DNA of 37,579 nucleotides, taken from Elusimicrobiota bacterium (GTDB lineage Bacteria; Elusimicrobiota; Elusimicrobia; Elusimicrobiales; UBA9959). The stretch spans positions 1 to 37,579 of the forward strand of contig JBAXKK010000017.1 of the NCBI GenBank assembly GCA_037137395.1. The letters run 5' to 3'. The notes below the pieces were generated by a model. It had not been told where the DNA came from, ran no database searches, and saw nothing but the letters and a program-made list of their open reading frames with translations. Shown here piece after piece: positions 1 to 8,934 of the stretch. The translations under genes and the position numbers were made by a program. The stretch's first letter is position 1, and each line of letters starts with the position of its first letter.

Positions 1-155
1 GAGGAGGAACCGGCGCGAAGTCGCCGGGCCGGCCGCAGGCCCGATGGGCCCCATGTCTGGCAGGACCCCGACCTGGCAGCCGCTGCCATCCCGCACCCGC
101 AACCCGCCGTTCCGTATTCTTTTCTTGGGACAGCCGTGCTTTTAGCCCCCGCGTT

Positions 156-1920
156 TTATTTGCCGGCGGCGAGAGCGATTTTTTTTAACGCCGTATAGCG
201 CTCCTCGAACGCCTGCGTTTTTTTCGCGTCACCCGCGGTGTGGTAGAGCACGGCCAGATTGCGATACGGGTCAGGGAAATTTGGCGAGATCTTGAGTGCC
301 TTTTGATAACAAAGTTCGGCTTGCGGCCAGTTTCCTTTTTGCGCGAAATAAACCCCAAGGGTATTGTAAGGCACCGCGAACCGCAGCTGCCGGATCGGAA
401 AGAACACCAATATTGCCGCCACCGCGGCGAGCCCGGCAAACTTGAAAAGCCGGGAATATTTTTTGGTGATCCAGGAATCCCACGCGAAAGCCAAACCGCC
501 GGCCGCGAAGATAATTAAGATCGGTACGACCGGGACGCGGTAGCGCGAAACGACGCCGAACACGCACACCGAGAACGAATAGCCAAAAGCAAAAATCGCG
601 AGCAGCCACGCGGCTGCGCTCCACGCACGCAGGCAGAAGACAATACCGCAGATGGCCAGCACGGCCACCGCTCCGTACGCGAACGCGCAGGGCTTGAGGA
701 AGGGTATAAACTCCGCGACAAAGAGGATGTTTATGGTGTCCGGATATTCATAGCGATTCAGGAAATAGGCCGCCCGCCGCGACATAAGCGCCAAAAAACC
801 CAGCGGGGAACTCCGGATATTCTCAAAGGCCCTGGCGGTCCAGTACGCCGAGACCTCCGACGGCTTAAGCGCTCTGCCTTTGGCCTGCTCGGAGATAAAT
901 ATAGAATTATCAATTATTTCCTTCATACCCGTGCCAAGCCCTGCGGAGGGCCGAAAGCCGCCCCCTTTTTCCGGGTTGGTAGCCATGTATAAGTTCACTC
1001 CGCCATGCGCTGAGATCGGCACAAAATCCCCGTACAGCCGATAGTTTTTTCAGCGTGACTGGCGATATCCCCGCGGCCAGCCCGGCCATCAGCAGTATCG
1101 CGGCCGCAGCTCCAAGAAATTTTCGGTCTCTTTTGAAGGCCAGGAAAAGGCCAAGATAAAGCGCGCAGAAGCTGGCCGGTATGGTGATGTTGGGCCGAAG
1201 GAGCGCGGCGAGCCCCAGCAGGAGTCCGGCCGAAAAGACGGTAGCCAGCGCGCCGTCCGCCCTTTTCAGGGCGCGCGCTATAAGATAAAGCCCGCACAGG
1301 ACGAGGAATATGGCCAGGCTCTCGCCCAAAAGCATATTCTCATAGAAGATGAACGGGATATAGACGGCGCTTATGATGCCGGCCAATACCGGCGCGCGCC
1401 TGGAATCAAAAGATTCTTTAGCGAGGCCGTATACTAGCAGAGGCGTTAAAGCTCCCAGTAATGTCTGTATGAAATGCGCCGCTCCTATCGAGTATCCGAA
1501 GACGCGATAAATGATCCCTAAAAAATAAGGATAGAGAGGCGTGGTGTAGATCAGCCAGGAAGGACTGCCGAGCCAATCGCCGGCGGCGATCTCCCGCCCT
1601 CTGAGATTGTAGACGCCGTCGTCAACCAGGGAAGTAAGGGGGCCGAAAAAAGGAGTTTTCCCGAGGACGTGCAGATAATAGAGTCTGAGTATGAGGGCTG
1701 CCGCGAACATCGCGTATAGCCAGCGCCGCTCCTGACCCGGCCCAAGATGGGCTTTTATCGCGGCGGCTAATCTGGCGGCTATCCCAGTTGGGGGCGCTTC
1801 GCGCAGCGCGCCGACAAAGCGTTCCACATCCATCCGGGTAAGATCCAAAGCCGCCGCCATCTGGCGGGCTGAAAGGGTTCGCCAATTCTTTCTGATGAAT
1901 TTTTCTTGTTTAGGATTCAC
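156..1920 (-). pseudogene. GT-C (ArnT/PMT_2, GT39-like) multi-TM glycosyltransferase with C-terminal TPR, interrupted by a +1 frameshift (may be a sequencing error)
   Basis: ORF 910..1920 has the N-terminal TM helices and the DD loop (LVDDGVY), then drifts into nonsense after ...GISPVTLK. ORF 156..1022 has the later TMs (VSRYRVPVVP) and a TPR (YNTLGVYFAQKGNWPQAELCYQKALKISP). Deleting one base from the T6 run at 1045-1050 joins them as ...VTLKNYRLYGDFVPISAHGGVNLY..., giving 587 aa. Confidence 0.8.
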
Positions 1921-1930
1921 GGGACAGAGG

Positions 1931-3859
1931 TCAGCCTCCGGTAAATTTAAAAAACACTATGGATAACGGCGGGAGCGTCACTTTTAAAGAATGCGGGCGC
2001 CCGTGTGAAGGTGTGTCTTCAGCGGTGGCGCCGCCAAAGTTTCCAAGTCCTCCGCCGCCGTAATCTGCGGCGTCGCTGTTAAGAATTTCCTTCCAAAAGC
2101 CGCCGCGTGGCGCGCCGATAGTGTAGTTGAAGCGCTGCACGGACGTGAAATTGCAAACCGCCATAACAATTGAATCCGGGGTGCGGCCTTTTCTCAGGAA
2201 TGCCAGCACACTCTGCTGTGAATCGTTGGCGTCAACCCACTCAAATCCAGAAGGGGAGCAATTAAGTTCGTACATCGCGGGCTCAGACCGGTAAAGATTG
2301 TTTAAATCTGTCACCCATTTTTGCATGCCCGCGTGGTGGCCGTGTCCGGTCAAATGCCAATCCAGGCTGCTGTCGTGGTCCCATTCGCGCCATTGCGCGA
2401 ATTCGCAGCCCATAAAAAGAAGTTTTTGTCCGGGTTGCGCGAACATCGCGCCGTACAGGAGCCGTAAGTTGGCGAATTTCTGCCAGACATCGCCGGCCAT
2501 TCTGTCCAGAAGCGATCCTTTTCCGTGCACAACCTCGTCGTGTGACAGCGGCAGTACGTAATTCTCGCTGAAAGCGTAGACCATGCGGAAGGTGAGCGCG
2601 TTATGGTGGTATTTCCGATAAACCGGGTCTTTTGACAAATACTGCAGAGTATCGTTCATCCAACCCATGTCCCACTTCATCCCGAAGCCCAGGCCGCCGA
2701 CATAGGTCGGCCGCGAAACCATCGGCCAGGCCGTTGATTCCTCGGCGTAGGTCTGCACATCGGGATAGTTCTCGTAAACGACATGGTTGAACTGCTGCAG
2801 GAAAGATATGGCTTCCAGATTTTCATTCCCGCCGTGGCGGTTGGCCACCCATTCGCCGGATTTGCGCGAGTAATCCAGGTACAGCATGGACGCTACTGCG
2901 TCTACGCGCAGGCCGTCGGCGTGGTATTTATCCAGCCAGAACAGGGCGCTTGAGAGCAGGAAACTTCGCACCTCGTTGCGGCCAAAATTAAAAATAGAAC
3001 TGTTCCAGTCGGGGTGCACGCCCTGCCGGGGATCGGCGTGCTCGTAAAGGTGCGTGCCGTCGAAATATTCAAGCCCGTGCGCGTCGGCCGGGAAATGCGC
3101 CGGAACCCAGTCGAGTATCACGCCGATATTGTTTTGATGCAGTTGGTCTATCAGGTACATCAGGTCCTGCGGAGTCCCATACCGGCTGGTGGGAGAAAAA
3201 TAGCCCGTAGTCTGATAGCCCCACGACCCATAGAAAGGATGTTCCGTGACCGGCATCAGTTCCACATGTGTGAACCCCAGTCGCTTCACGTACTCCGGCA
3301 GCTGCGCCGCCAGCTCCCGGTAAGTGAGAGGGCGGTTCCCCTCTTCCGGAACTCGCCGCCAGGAGCCAAGGTGTATCTCGTAGATGGAAACCGGGCTCTT
3401 TAGGCCATTGGCGGCGCCACGGCCCGCCATCCATTTATCGTCGCCCCAGGCGTAGTCCAGCGGCCAGACCACCGACGCTGTTTTAGGCGAAACTTCGGAA
3501 GCGAACGCCAGCGGGTCAGCCTTTTCCCCGTGAAAACCGGCGTATTTTGAAATAATGTGGTATTTATAATTGTGGCCCTTTTTTACTCCAGGAATAAAGC
3601 CTTCCCAGATGCCGGACCTGGCCCGCTCTTTCAGAGCGTCACTCGTTTTATTCCAGCCGTTGAAATCGCCCATCACATAAACCGCGTCGGCATTGGGCGC
3701 CCAAACCGCGAAATGCGTGCCCTCCGCGGTCCCGCGCAGCGGATCGGCGGCCACCTGGTGTGCGCCAAACTTTTCGTAAAGTCTGACATGGTTTCCCTCG
3801 TTAAAGAGATAAAGATCCTGGTCAGTGAGAGACTGCGCGGGGCTGTCTGTTTTTTTCAT
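1931..3859 (-). CDS. glgB: 1,4-alpha-glucan branching enzyme (GH13)
   Basis: Motifs FAVWAPNA, YEIHLGSW, SWGYQ, LDWVPAHF, GLRVDAVASM (nucleophile), AEEST (acid/base) and LSHDEVVHGKGSL. Confidence 0.97.
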   Translation of the reverse strand: MKKTDSPAQSLTDQDLYLFNEGNHVRLYEKFGAHQVAADPLRGTAEGTHFAVWAPNADAVYVMGDFNGWNKTSDALKERARSGIWEGFIPGVKKGHNYKYHIISKYAGFHGEKADPLAFASEVSPKTASVVWPLDYAWGDDKWMAGRGAANGLKSPVSIYEIHLGSWRRVPEEGNRPLTYRELAAQLPEYVKRLGFTHVELMPVTEHPFYGSWGYQTTGYFSPTSRYGTPQDLMYLIDQLHQNNIGVILDWVPAHFPADAHGLEYFDGTHLYEHADPRQGVHPDWNSSIFNFGRNEVRSFLLSSALFWLDKYHADGLRVDAVASMLYLDYSRKSGEWVANRHGGNENLEAISFLQQFNHVVYENYPDVQTYAEESTAWPMVSRPTYVGGLGFGMKWDMGWMNDTLQYLSKDPVYRKYHHNALTFRMVYAFSENYVLPLSHDEVVHGKGSLLDRMAGDVWQKFANLRLLYGAMFAQPGQKLLFMGCEFAQWREWDHDSSLDWHLTGHGHHAGMQKWVTDLNNLYRSEPAMYELNCSPSGFEWVDANDSQQSVLAFLRKGRTPDSIVMAVCNFTSVQRFNYTIGAPRGGFWKEILNSDAADYGGGGLGNFGGATAEDTPSHGRPHSLKVTLPPLSIVFFKFTGG

Positions 3860-4914
3860 GGCGTATTATCCGTATGTCTTCCTAATGAGGATTCGGGGCG
3901 CTTCAGAAGGCCGCGCTTCAGAAGATGCTCCGCTATCTCCACCGAATTAAGGGCGGCTCCCTTGTACAGATTGTCCGATACTATCCAGAGTTGAAATTCG
4001 TTAGGCGAAGTGTTTGAGACGCGCAGGCGGCCGGCTTTTACGCCCGCAGTTTTCACGCTGTCTAGCGGCGTGGGGTATTTATACGGATCCCCGGCGAATT
4101 GAAGGCCCTTGGTCGAGGTCAGCGTGGAGCCGAGAGAGGCAAGGGTCCAGGGCTTGCGCGTCTTTACCCAGACGCTTAAAGAGTGGCCCCTCAGCACCGG
4201 CACGCGCACCGCCGTGGAACTGATCTTTATGCCGGGCGAGGCCCAAATTTTTTTAAGCTCGGCCTCAACCTTGACTTCTTCCACGCTCATGCCGTTTTTG
4301 TCAAAGCCGCCGACCTGCGGAAACAGGTTGAAGGCTATGGGGCGCGGGAGCGCGCGGTCCTTAAGGGCGGGAACTTTGCCCCGTTTCAAATAATATTTTA
4401 GTTCGGCATCCAGCTGCTTTATGGCGCTTTTTCCGGCGCCGGATACCGCCTGATAGGTGGCGATGCGCAGCTCCGTGATGCTCAGCGCTTTGTGAATGTC
4501 ATTCAGGGCTACGGCGGCTCCGGTCAGCGTGCAGTTGGGCCCGGCTATCAGCCTGCGGCCGGATTTTAGTTCGTCGGCGTTAACCTCGGGGATAACCAGC
4601 GGCACATCTTTATCCAGGCGGAATCTGGAGGAATCGTCTACGCACCACACGCCGGAGTCGGCCAGCTTTCTGGCGAACCGCGCCGAAACCTCGTCGGTGG
4701 AAACAAAAAAAACCAGGCATGCCTTCTTAAGTTCAGATAAAACCGGCTTTCGGCAGGCGTATTTTTTGCCTTTGAAAACCACCGCGGTTCCGGTCCGCCC
4801 GGAATTGAACGGCATGAAAACTCCGACGGGAAATTTGCGCTTCTCAAGCAGCGTTATAAGCTCACCGCCCACCAGCCCGGAAGCTCCGACGACAGCGATA
4901 TTATAGGTTTTCAT
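3856..4914 (-). CDS. asd: aspartate-semialdehyde dehydrogenase
   Basis: Rossmann motif VVGASGLVG, VPLVIPEVN, catalytic PNCT, TYQAVSGAG, RVPVLRGHS and DNLYKGAALNSV. Overlaps the glgB start by 4 nt. Confidence 0.95.
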   Translation of the reverse strand: MKTYNIAVVGASGLVGGELITLLEKRKFPVGVFMPFNSGRTGTAVVFKGKKYACRKPVLSELKKACLVFFVSTDEVSARFARKLADSGVWCVDDSSRFRLDKDVPLVIPEVNADELKSGRRLIAGPNCTLTGAAVALNDIHKALSITELRIATYQAVSGAGKSAIKQLDAELKYYLKRGKVPALKDRALPRPIAFNLFPQVGGFDKNGMSVEEVKVEAELKKIWASPGIKISSTAVRVPVLRGHSLSVWVKTRKPWTLASLGSTLTSTKGLQFAGDPYKYPTPLDSVKTAGVKAGRLRVSNTSPNEFQLWIVSDNLYKGAALNSVEIAEHLLKRGLLKRPESSLGRHTDNTP

Positions 4915-4955
4915 GAATTCAATTTTAAAAATTAAGGATTAACGATGGTTGTCGC

Positions 4956-6023
4956 CTAATCCTTATCACCAGCCTCACTGCTGTCCTCGCTGGTGGTCTC
5001 CGCCGGTGCTTCTTCCTGCTCGGGGGCGATCGTTATCTCTTTGGAGTAGCCGATGTTCTCAAGGCCGTCCACGGCGGCGGCGCGCAGGTAGAACATATCT
5101 TTTGAAAGGTCCTCGCGCTTCAGGGCGTAAAAGTACGGCGCGCGGAACATGTAGCGGCTGACTCTGGACCATTCGAATTTATCGTAGGACATCTCTATCC
5201 AGGCGGCTCGGATATCTTCGCCTATGGTCGAGAAAGAAACAAGTATGGTGGCGGAATTTACTTCGCCCATAAAGCCCTTTATAAAAACTTTATAATCGTT
5301 CAGTGGCACCAGTTTAAAGGCCAGGGCGGGTTTGATGCCGGAGATGGGCGTTTCAAGAACATCGGGGCCCGACGGCGGATTGCCGCGTATGGAGCGGTTC
5401 AGCCAGACATTTTCCTCCTTATCGTCTGAGAGCGCCGCGGCGACGATCGGGGAGCTTGAGCTGGCGGTGAAGTAGCGGGAGACAGACCAAAGGGCCAGAT
5501 AATTCGGTTTTTCGGCCGATACCCGAGAGAGCGGGATCTCGGACCAGAACCACTTGGCGCTGTCCACGCCCTCCAGGGAATCGTTGGGCAGCGGCTCAAG
5601 CGGCAGGTCGGCAGCCTCAACCAGAAAATACATATTGTCGGAATTAAAAATCGGTTCCTGATTGACCGCCATATAAATTTTGCCGGGTATCGGCGTCTTG
5701 TCCCATGACTGGGGCCAGGATGTTATCTTAGCCCTGCCGAGTTTCGCGCCGATATAGGCTTTGGCGTAAGTGCCGGTGGGCACCGGCGGCAACTTTACTA
5801 TCCAGCTGTTGTTATAGCCCACATACCAGTCGGCGTTGAAGCCGCCGTTGGCGTACATGTAAAAACGGCTTACATCCTTAGTCAGGGCGAAGTAGGCTGG
5901 CACTGGCGACTTTACGGCGTAAGCCGTGCCTTTCCCGGCCTCGGCGGATGTTGGCGGGGCGGGCTGCGCGGCGGAGATGCCGCTGATTAAAAGCAGAAGC
6001 GGAAAAAGTGTTTTCATTTTCAA
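4956..6023 (-). CDS. secreted hypothetical protein (signal peptide, beta-rich, acidic tail)
   Basis: 355-aa ORF in line with parB and asd, with an N-terminal signal peptide (MKMKTLFPLLLLISGISAA). No family recognised. Confidence 0.8.
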   Translation of the reverse strand: MKMKTLFPLLLLISGISAAQPAPPTSAEAGKGTAYAVKSPVPAYFALTKDVSRFYMYANGGFNADWYVGYNNSWIVKLPPVPTGTYAKAYIGAKLGRAKITSWPQSWDKTPIPGKIYMAVNQEPIFNSDNMYFLVEAADLPLEPLPNDSLEGVDSAKWFWSEIPLSRVSAEKPNYLALWSVSRYFTASSSSPIVAAALSDDKEENVWLNRSIRGNPPSGPDVLETPISGIKPALAFKLVPLNDYKVFIKGFMGEVNSATILVSFSTIGEDIRAAWIEMSYDKFEWSRVSRYMFRAPYFYALKREDLSKDMFYLRAAAVDGLENIGYSKEITIAPEQEEAPAETTSEDSSEAGDKD

Positions 6024-6073
6024 GCCTATGGCGTCGCTGCTTCATTCCCGGCGCTGCCGGGCGGAGAGCAGTG

Positions 6074-6937
6074 CTACCTTTTTAATATGCGTGTTATCCT
6101 GTCGAAATCATCCAGCGAATAATAATGCAGGGTGATTTTACCATTCTCCGGGTTGCTTCCGGGAGCTATTTCAACTTTGGTGCCCAGATGCTTTTCCAGA
6201 CTGGCCTCCAGGCCCGTTATCTCCGGGCTCTTGCGCCGGCCCTCCCCCTTGGTTTTGGCGCGGGGGCGCCGCTCGTGGAAATTCTGGGCGTAGGCCTCTA
6301 TCTCGCGCACCGAGATCTTGTCCGTCAGGATCCTCTCGTAGGCTTCCTTGCGCTTGGTCTTGTCCGGGATGGAGATGAGCGCGCGTGCGTGGCCCTCGCT
6401 GATGACTCCGGCCTGAATGCCTTTCTGGATATCTTCTTCCAGCTCAAGGAGCCGCAAAGTGTTGGAGACGGCGGATTTGGATTTGCCGAGCTTTTTGGCT
6501 ATGTCGGTCTGTGAAATGTCAAACTCTTCCATCAGCTGCTTATAGGCCAGGGCGTGGTCGATGGCGTTCAGATCCTCGCGCTGGATGTTTTCTATCAACG
6601 AGAGGCCGAATTTCTGCTGGTCGGAGAGGTCTCTTTTTACAATTGCTTCAACTTCTTTCATCCCGGCGGCTTTGCAAGCGCGCCAGCGGCGCTCCCCGGC
6701 GATGAGTTCAAACGAGCCGTCGGCGTCCTTCCAGACGCTGATGGGCTGCAGCAGGCCGTGCTCTTTGATGGACTGCACAAGTTCGGCCAGAGGGGCCTCC
6801 TCAAAAGTCTTTCTGGGTTGCCAGCGGTTGGGCCGTATGGTGTCTATCGGTATCTTCTGCACGATGTCATGCGAGATGTCGTTGTTCTGCACTTTCGATA
6901 TTAAAGCGTCTATTCCTTTTCCTAGTGCCTGCCTCAT
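6074..6937 (-). CDS. parB: chromosome partitioning protein ParB/Spo0J
   Basis: N-terminal LGKGIDAL ParA-activating peptide, QPRK, box II LIAGERRWRA, ENIQREDLN, HTH (QTDIAKKLGKSKSAVSNTLRLL) and SEGHARAL. Confidence 0.97.
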   Translation of the reverse strand: MRQALGKGIDALISKVQNNDISHDIVQKIPIDTIRPNRWQPRKTFEEAPLAELVQSIKEHGLLQPISVWKDADGSFELIAGERRWRACKAAGMKEVEAIVKRDLSDQQKFGLSLIENIQREDLNAIDHALAYKQLMEEFDISQTDIAKKLGKSKSAVSNTLRLLELEEDIQKGIQAGVISEGHARALISIPDKTKRKEAYERILTDKISVREIEAYAQNFHERRPRAKTKGEGRRKSPEITGLEASLEKHLGTKVEIAPGSNPENGKITLHYYSLDDFDRITRILKR

Positions 6938-6980
6938 GATAATTTTCCTCCAAATGCCGTCAAATTGAAAACATTAGTTC

Positions 6981-7092
6981 GCCATAGGCTATAAGCCATA
7001 TGTAGAAACGATTTAGTCATATACTATATACTCTTTTTATTACTTATAGCCTATAGCTTATAGCCTATGGCTTACGGCTTATAGCCTATGGC
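6981..7092. repeat. heptamer (GCCTATG/GCTTATA) tandem arrays in inverted orientation between parA and parB
   Basis: GCCATAGGCTATAAGCC (6981-6997) is the exact reverse complement of GGCTTATAGCCTATGGC (7076-7092). About seven heptamer units lie at 7043-7092. Confidence 0.85.
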
Positions 7093-7106
7093 TCCTTGTG
7101 CCATGT

Positions 7107-7946
7107 TTATCCGCCCATGTCGTAATCCATCTGGGATTCTTCCATCACGTAGAGCGCCGACTCTTTGTAGGCGGCCGTGTCTACGCCGCGGCGTCCTAAA
7201 AACTCGATAGCCAGATCTTTATATGCAAGCGCGCCCCTGGAGCTGGGGTCATAAACAAAGATGGGCTGGCCGAAGCTGGGGGCCTCCGCCAGGCGCACAT
7301 TCCTGGGGATAACGGTTTTATAAAGCTTGTCGCCGTAGTACTTCGAGATTTCCCTCTGTACTTGATTGGCCAGATTTATGCGGGAATCGTACATGGTTAT
7401 GACGCCGCCGTCTATTCTTAGGCTGGGGTTAAGGGCTTGGCGGATCTTCTCTACGGTGTTCATGAAGTAGGCGAGGCCTTCCATGGCGTAGTATTCGCAC
7501 TGCACCGGGGTTATGACGGTGTCCGAGGCGTTAAGGGCGTTGATGGTTAGCAGACCCAGGGATGGAGGGCAGTCGATAATAATGAATTTGTACATATCCC
7601 GCAGTTTATTGAGAGATCGCTTTAGAACTGATTCGCGGGAGAACTCGCTTACCAGCTCTATCTCGGCCCCGGCCAGGTTGTGGCTGGTGGGGATTATGTC
7701 CAGCCACTCCACCGAGGTTTGCCGCACAGCGTCCTCTATTTGCGCTTTTCCGCACAGCACATCGTATATGTTATTGTTTCTCTTTGTTATGTCCACGCCC
7801 AGACCGGAGGTGGAATTGCTTTGAGGGTCAAAGTCTATGAGGAGCGTTTCGTAATCAAAAGCGGCCAGTGCTACGGCCAGATTGATGGTGGTGGTGGTTT
7901 TTCCAACCCCCCCCTTCTGATTCGCTATTGCTATTATTTCAGCCAT
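7107..7946 (-). CDS. parA: chromosome partitioning ATPase ParA/Soj
   Basis: Deviant Walker A NQKGGVGKTTT, DFDPQSN, IIDCPPSLG, PVQCEYYAMEG and IPRNVRLAEAPSFG. Confidence 0.97.
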   Translation of the reverse strand: MAEIIAIANQKGGVGKTTTTINLAVALAAFDYETLLIDFDPQSNSTSGLGVDITKRNNNIYDVLCGKAQIEDAVRQTSVEWLDIIPTSHNLAGAEIELVSEFSRESVLKRSLNKLRDMYKFIIIDCPPSLGLLTINALNASDTVITPVQCEYYAMEGLAYFMNTVEKIRQALNPSLRIDGGVITMYDSRINLANQVQREISKYYGDKLYKTVIPRNVRLAEAPSFGQPIFVYDPSSRGALAYKDLAIEFLGRRGVDTAAYKESALYVMEESQMDYDMGG

Positions 7947-8002
7947 ATTTTATCCTTTATTAGACACCACGGAGGAATGATTGCGGCCCCGCCAATACAT
8001 CC

Positions 8003-8031
8003 ATTCTATACCATTCGGCAAGGCTAGTCAA
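8003..8031 (-). promoter_or_regulatory. sigma70-type promoter for parAB
   Basis: Minus strand reads TTGACT-17 bp-TAGAAT, ending 56 nt upstream of the parA ATG, which has an AAGGA RBS. Confidence 0.6.
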
Positions 8032-8086
8032 GGGGATTTCGGGATAGCATGTTTAATTCAACACCAGCTTGAGCCGATGGTTTTTG

Positions 8087-8111
8087 GAATTAAATATACT
8101 GTCCCCGGAAT
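8087..8111 (-). repeat. 25-bp dispersed REP-like unit (ATTCCGGGGACAGTATATTTAATTC on the minus strand)
   Basis: Exact reverse complement of 26840-26864. A degenerate copy in the opposite orientation lies at about 8038-8059 (TTCGGGATAGCATGTTTAATTC). Confidence 0.7.
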
Positions 8112-8125
8112 ATTACGGAATATTT

Positions 8126-8143
8126 TGTTTTCACGTGAAAACA
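8126..8143. promoter_or_regulatory. parS-like palindrome 1 (TGTTTTCACGTGAAAACA)
   Basis: Perfect 18-bp palindrome sharing the TTTCACGTGAAA core of canonical parS, just upstream of parAB. Confidence 0.85.
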
Positions 8144-8183
8144 TCTTGGGTGGTGGTGCTGAAATGTGTGCGGCCACCCCCCT

Positions 8184-8199
8184 GTTTTCACGTGAAAAC
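8184..8199. promoter_or_regulatory. parS-like palindrome 2 (GTTTTCACGTGAAAAC)
   Basis: Perfect 16-bp palindrome identical to the central 16 bp of site 1, offset by 57 bp. Confidence 0.85.
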
Positions 8200-8507
8200 T
8201 ATTTTCCGTCCATTTTTTCAGCGGCTTCCTCGGCGCTTATGTTCCCCTTCTCCACTTCCTCCAGTATCTTTCTGGCATTGGCGGGGATGCGCTCTTTGGG
8301 GCTGCAGCCGCACTTTGACGCCCACAGTTTCCCGCCAAAGAGGGCGCGCCATATTCCCATAAGACCCGCCGCGATCACGATGGCCGGCCAATCTCTGGAA
8401 AAATTAAACGACAGGGCTATAAGCCCAAAGTTGTGCGCCCACAGCAATAGCCCCAGGGCCACAATCAGCAGACTCCAAAAAAACTTCCTTAAACTGAATG
8501 CGAACAT
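8199..8507 (-). CDS. small membrane protein (LiaF/DUF5668-like TM hairpin) with C-terminal SHOCT-like motif
   Basis: Two TMs (FFWSLLIVALGLLLWAHNFG; WPAIVIAAGL), a CGC motif and C-terminal ARKILEEVEKGNISAEEAAEKM. AAGGAGG RBS. Confidence 0.8.
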   Translation of the reverse strand: MFAFSLRKFFWSLLIVALGLLLWAHNFGLIALSFNFSRDWPAIVIAAGLMGIWRALFGGKLWASKCGCSPKERIPANARKILEEVEKGNISAEEAAEKMDGK

Positions 8508-8546
8508 GATTCCTCCTTAAAATGCGAAACGGGTCGCCGGAGCGCC

Positions 8547-8921
8547 CTACTCTATTGAGATTTCAACCTTATTGCCGCCGTCATTGATGTCTATGATTTT
8601 GCCCACTCCGCCCAGTTCGAGGGCCGCGCGGATCTTCTCTACATCCATCTCATAACCTTTCTCCCTGAGCTTGGCGCCGATTTTTTGCTCTATGAACGGG
8701 GCCATGAACTTTGACCAAGCTATGGGGATGTTGACATTAACCTTGGCCTCGGGGGAGCCGTTCTCATAAACCCGTATCTTGAGGAAGCGCCCCGCGCTTT
8801 TGCCGGCCTGAGCTTCTCTTCCGTCCAATCGTGATAAGGCCTCCAGCAGCTCCATCGCCTCGGCTGAAGAGATCTTTTTTTCTTCAAGCATCTTGAGTAT
8901 TTTCATCTTTTCTTCTTTCAT
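8547..8921 (-). CDS. SHOCT-like (YvlB/LiaX N-terminal type) domain protein
   Basis: MKEEKMKILKMLEEKKISSAEAMELLEAL followed by RFLKIRV...KVNVNIPI...KVEISIE. Start moved to ATG 8921 because an AGGAGG RBS lies at 8931-8936. Confidence 0.8.
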   Translation of the reverse strand: MKEEKMKILKMLEEKKISSAEAMELLEALSRLDGREAQAGKSAGRFLKIRVYENGSPEAKVNVNIPIAWSKFMAPFIEQKIGAKLREKGYEMDVEKIRAALELGGVGKIIDINDGGNKVEISIE

Positions 8922-8934
8922 GGTGTTTTTCCTC

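Noticed and set aside
1..155. GC-rich stretch with several small hairpins (CCGGCG-CGAAGT-CGCCGG, GGCCC-GAT-GGGCC), a possible ncRNA or repeat
   Set aside because: It is truncated at the window edge, matches no tRNA, SRP, RNase P or riboswitch motif I recognise, and short hairpins are expected at this GC content. An Rfam search with flanking sequence is needed.
7981..8520. Plus-strand 179-aa and 97-aa ORFs
   Set aside because: They overlap the parA promoter, the parS sites and a better-supported minus-strand gene. The repeated FSREN and CFHVKT peptides are just translated parS.
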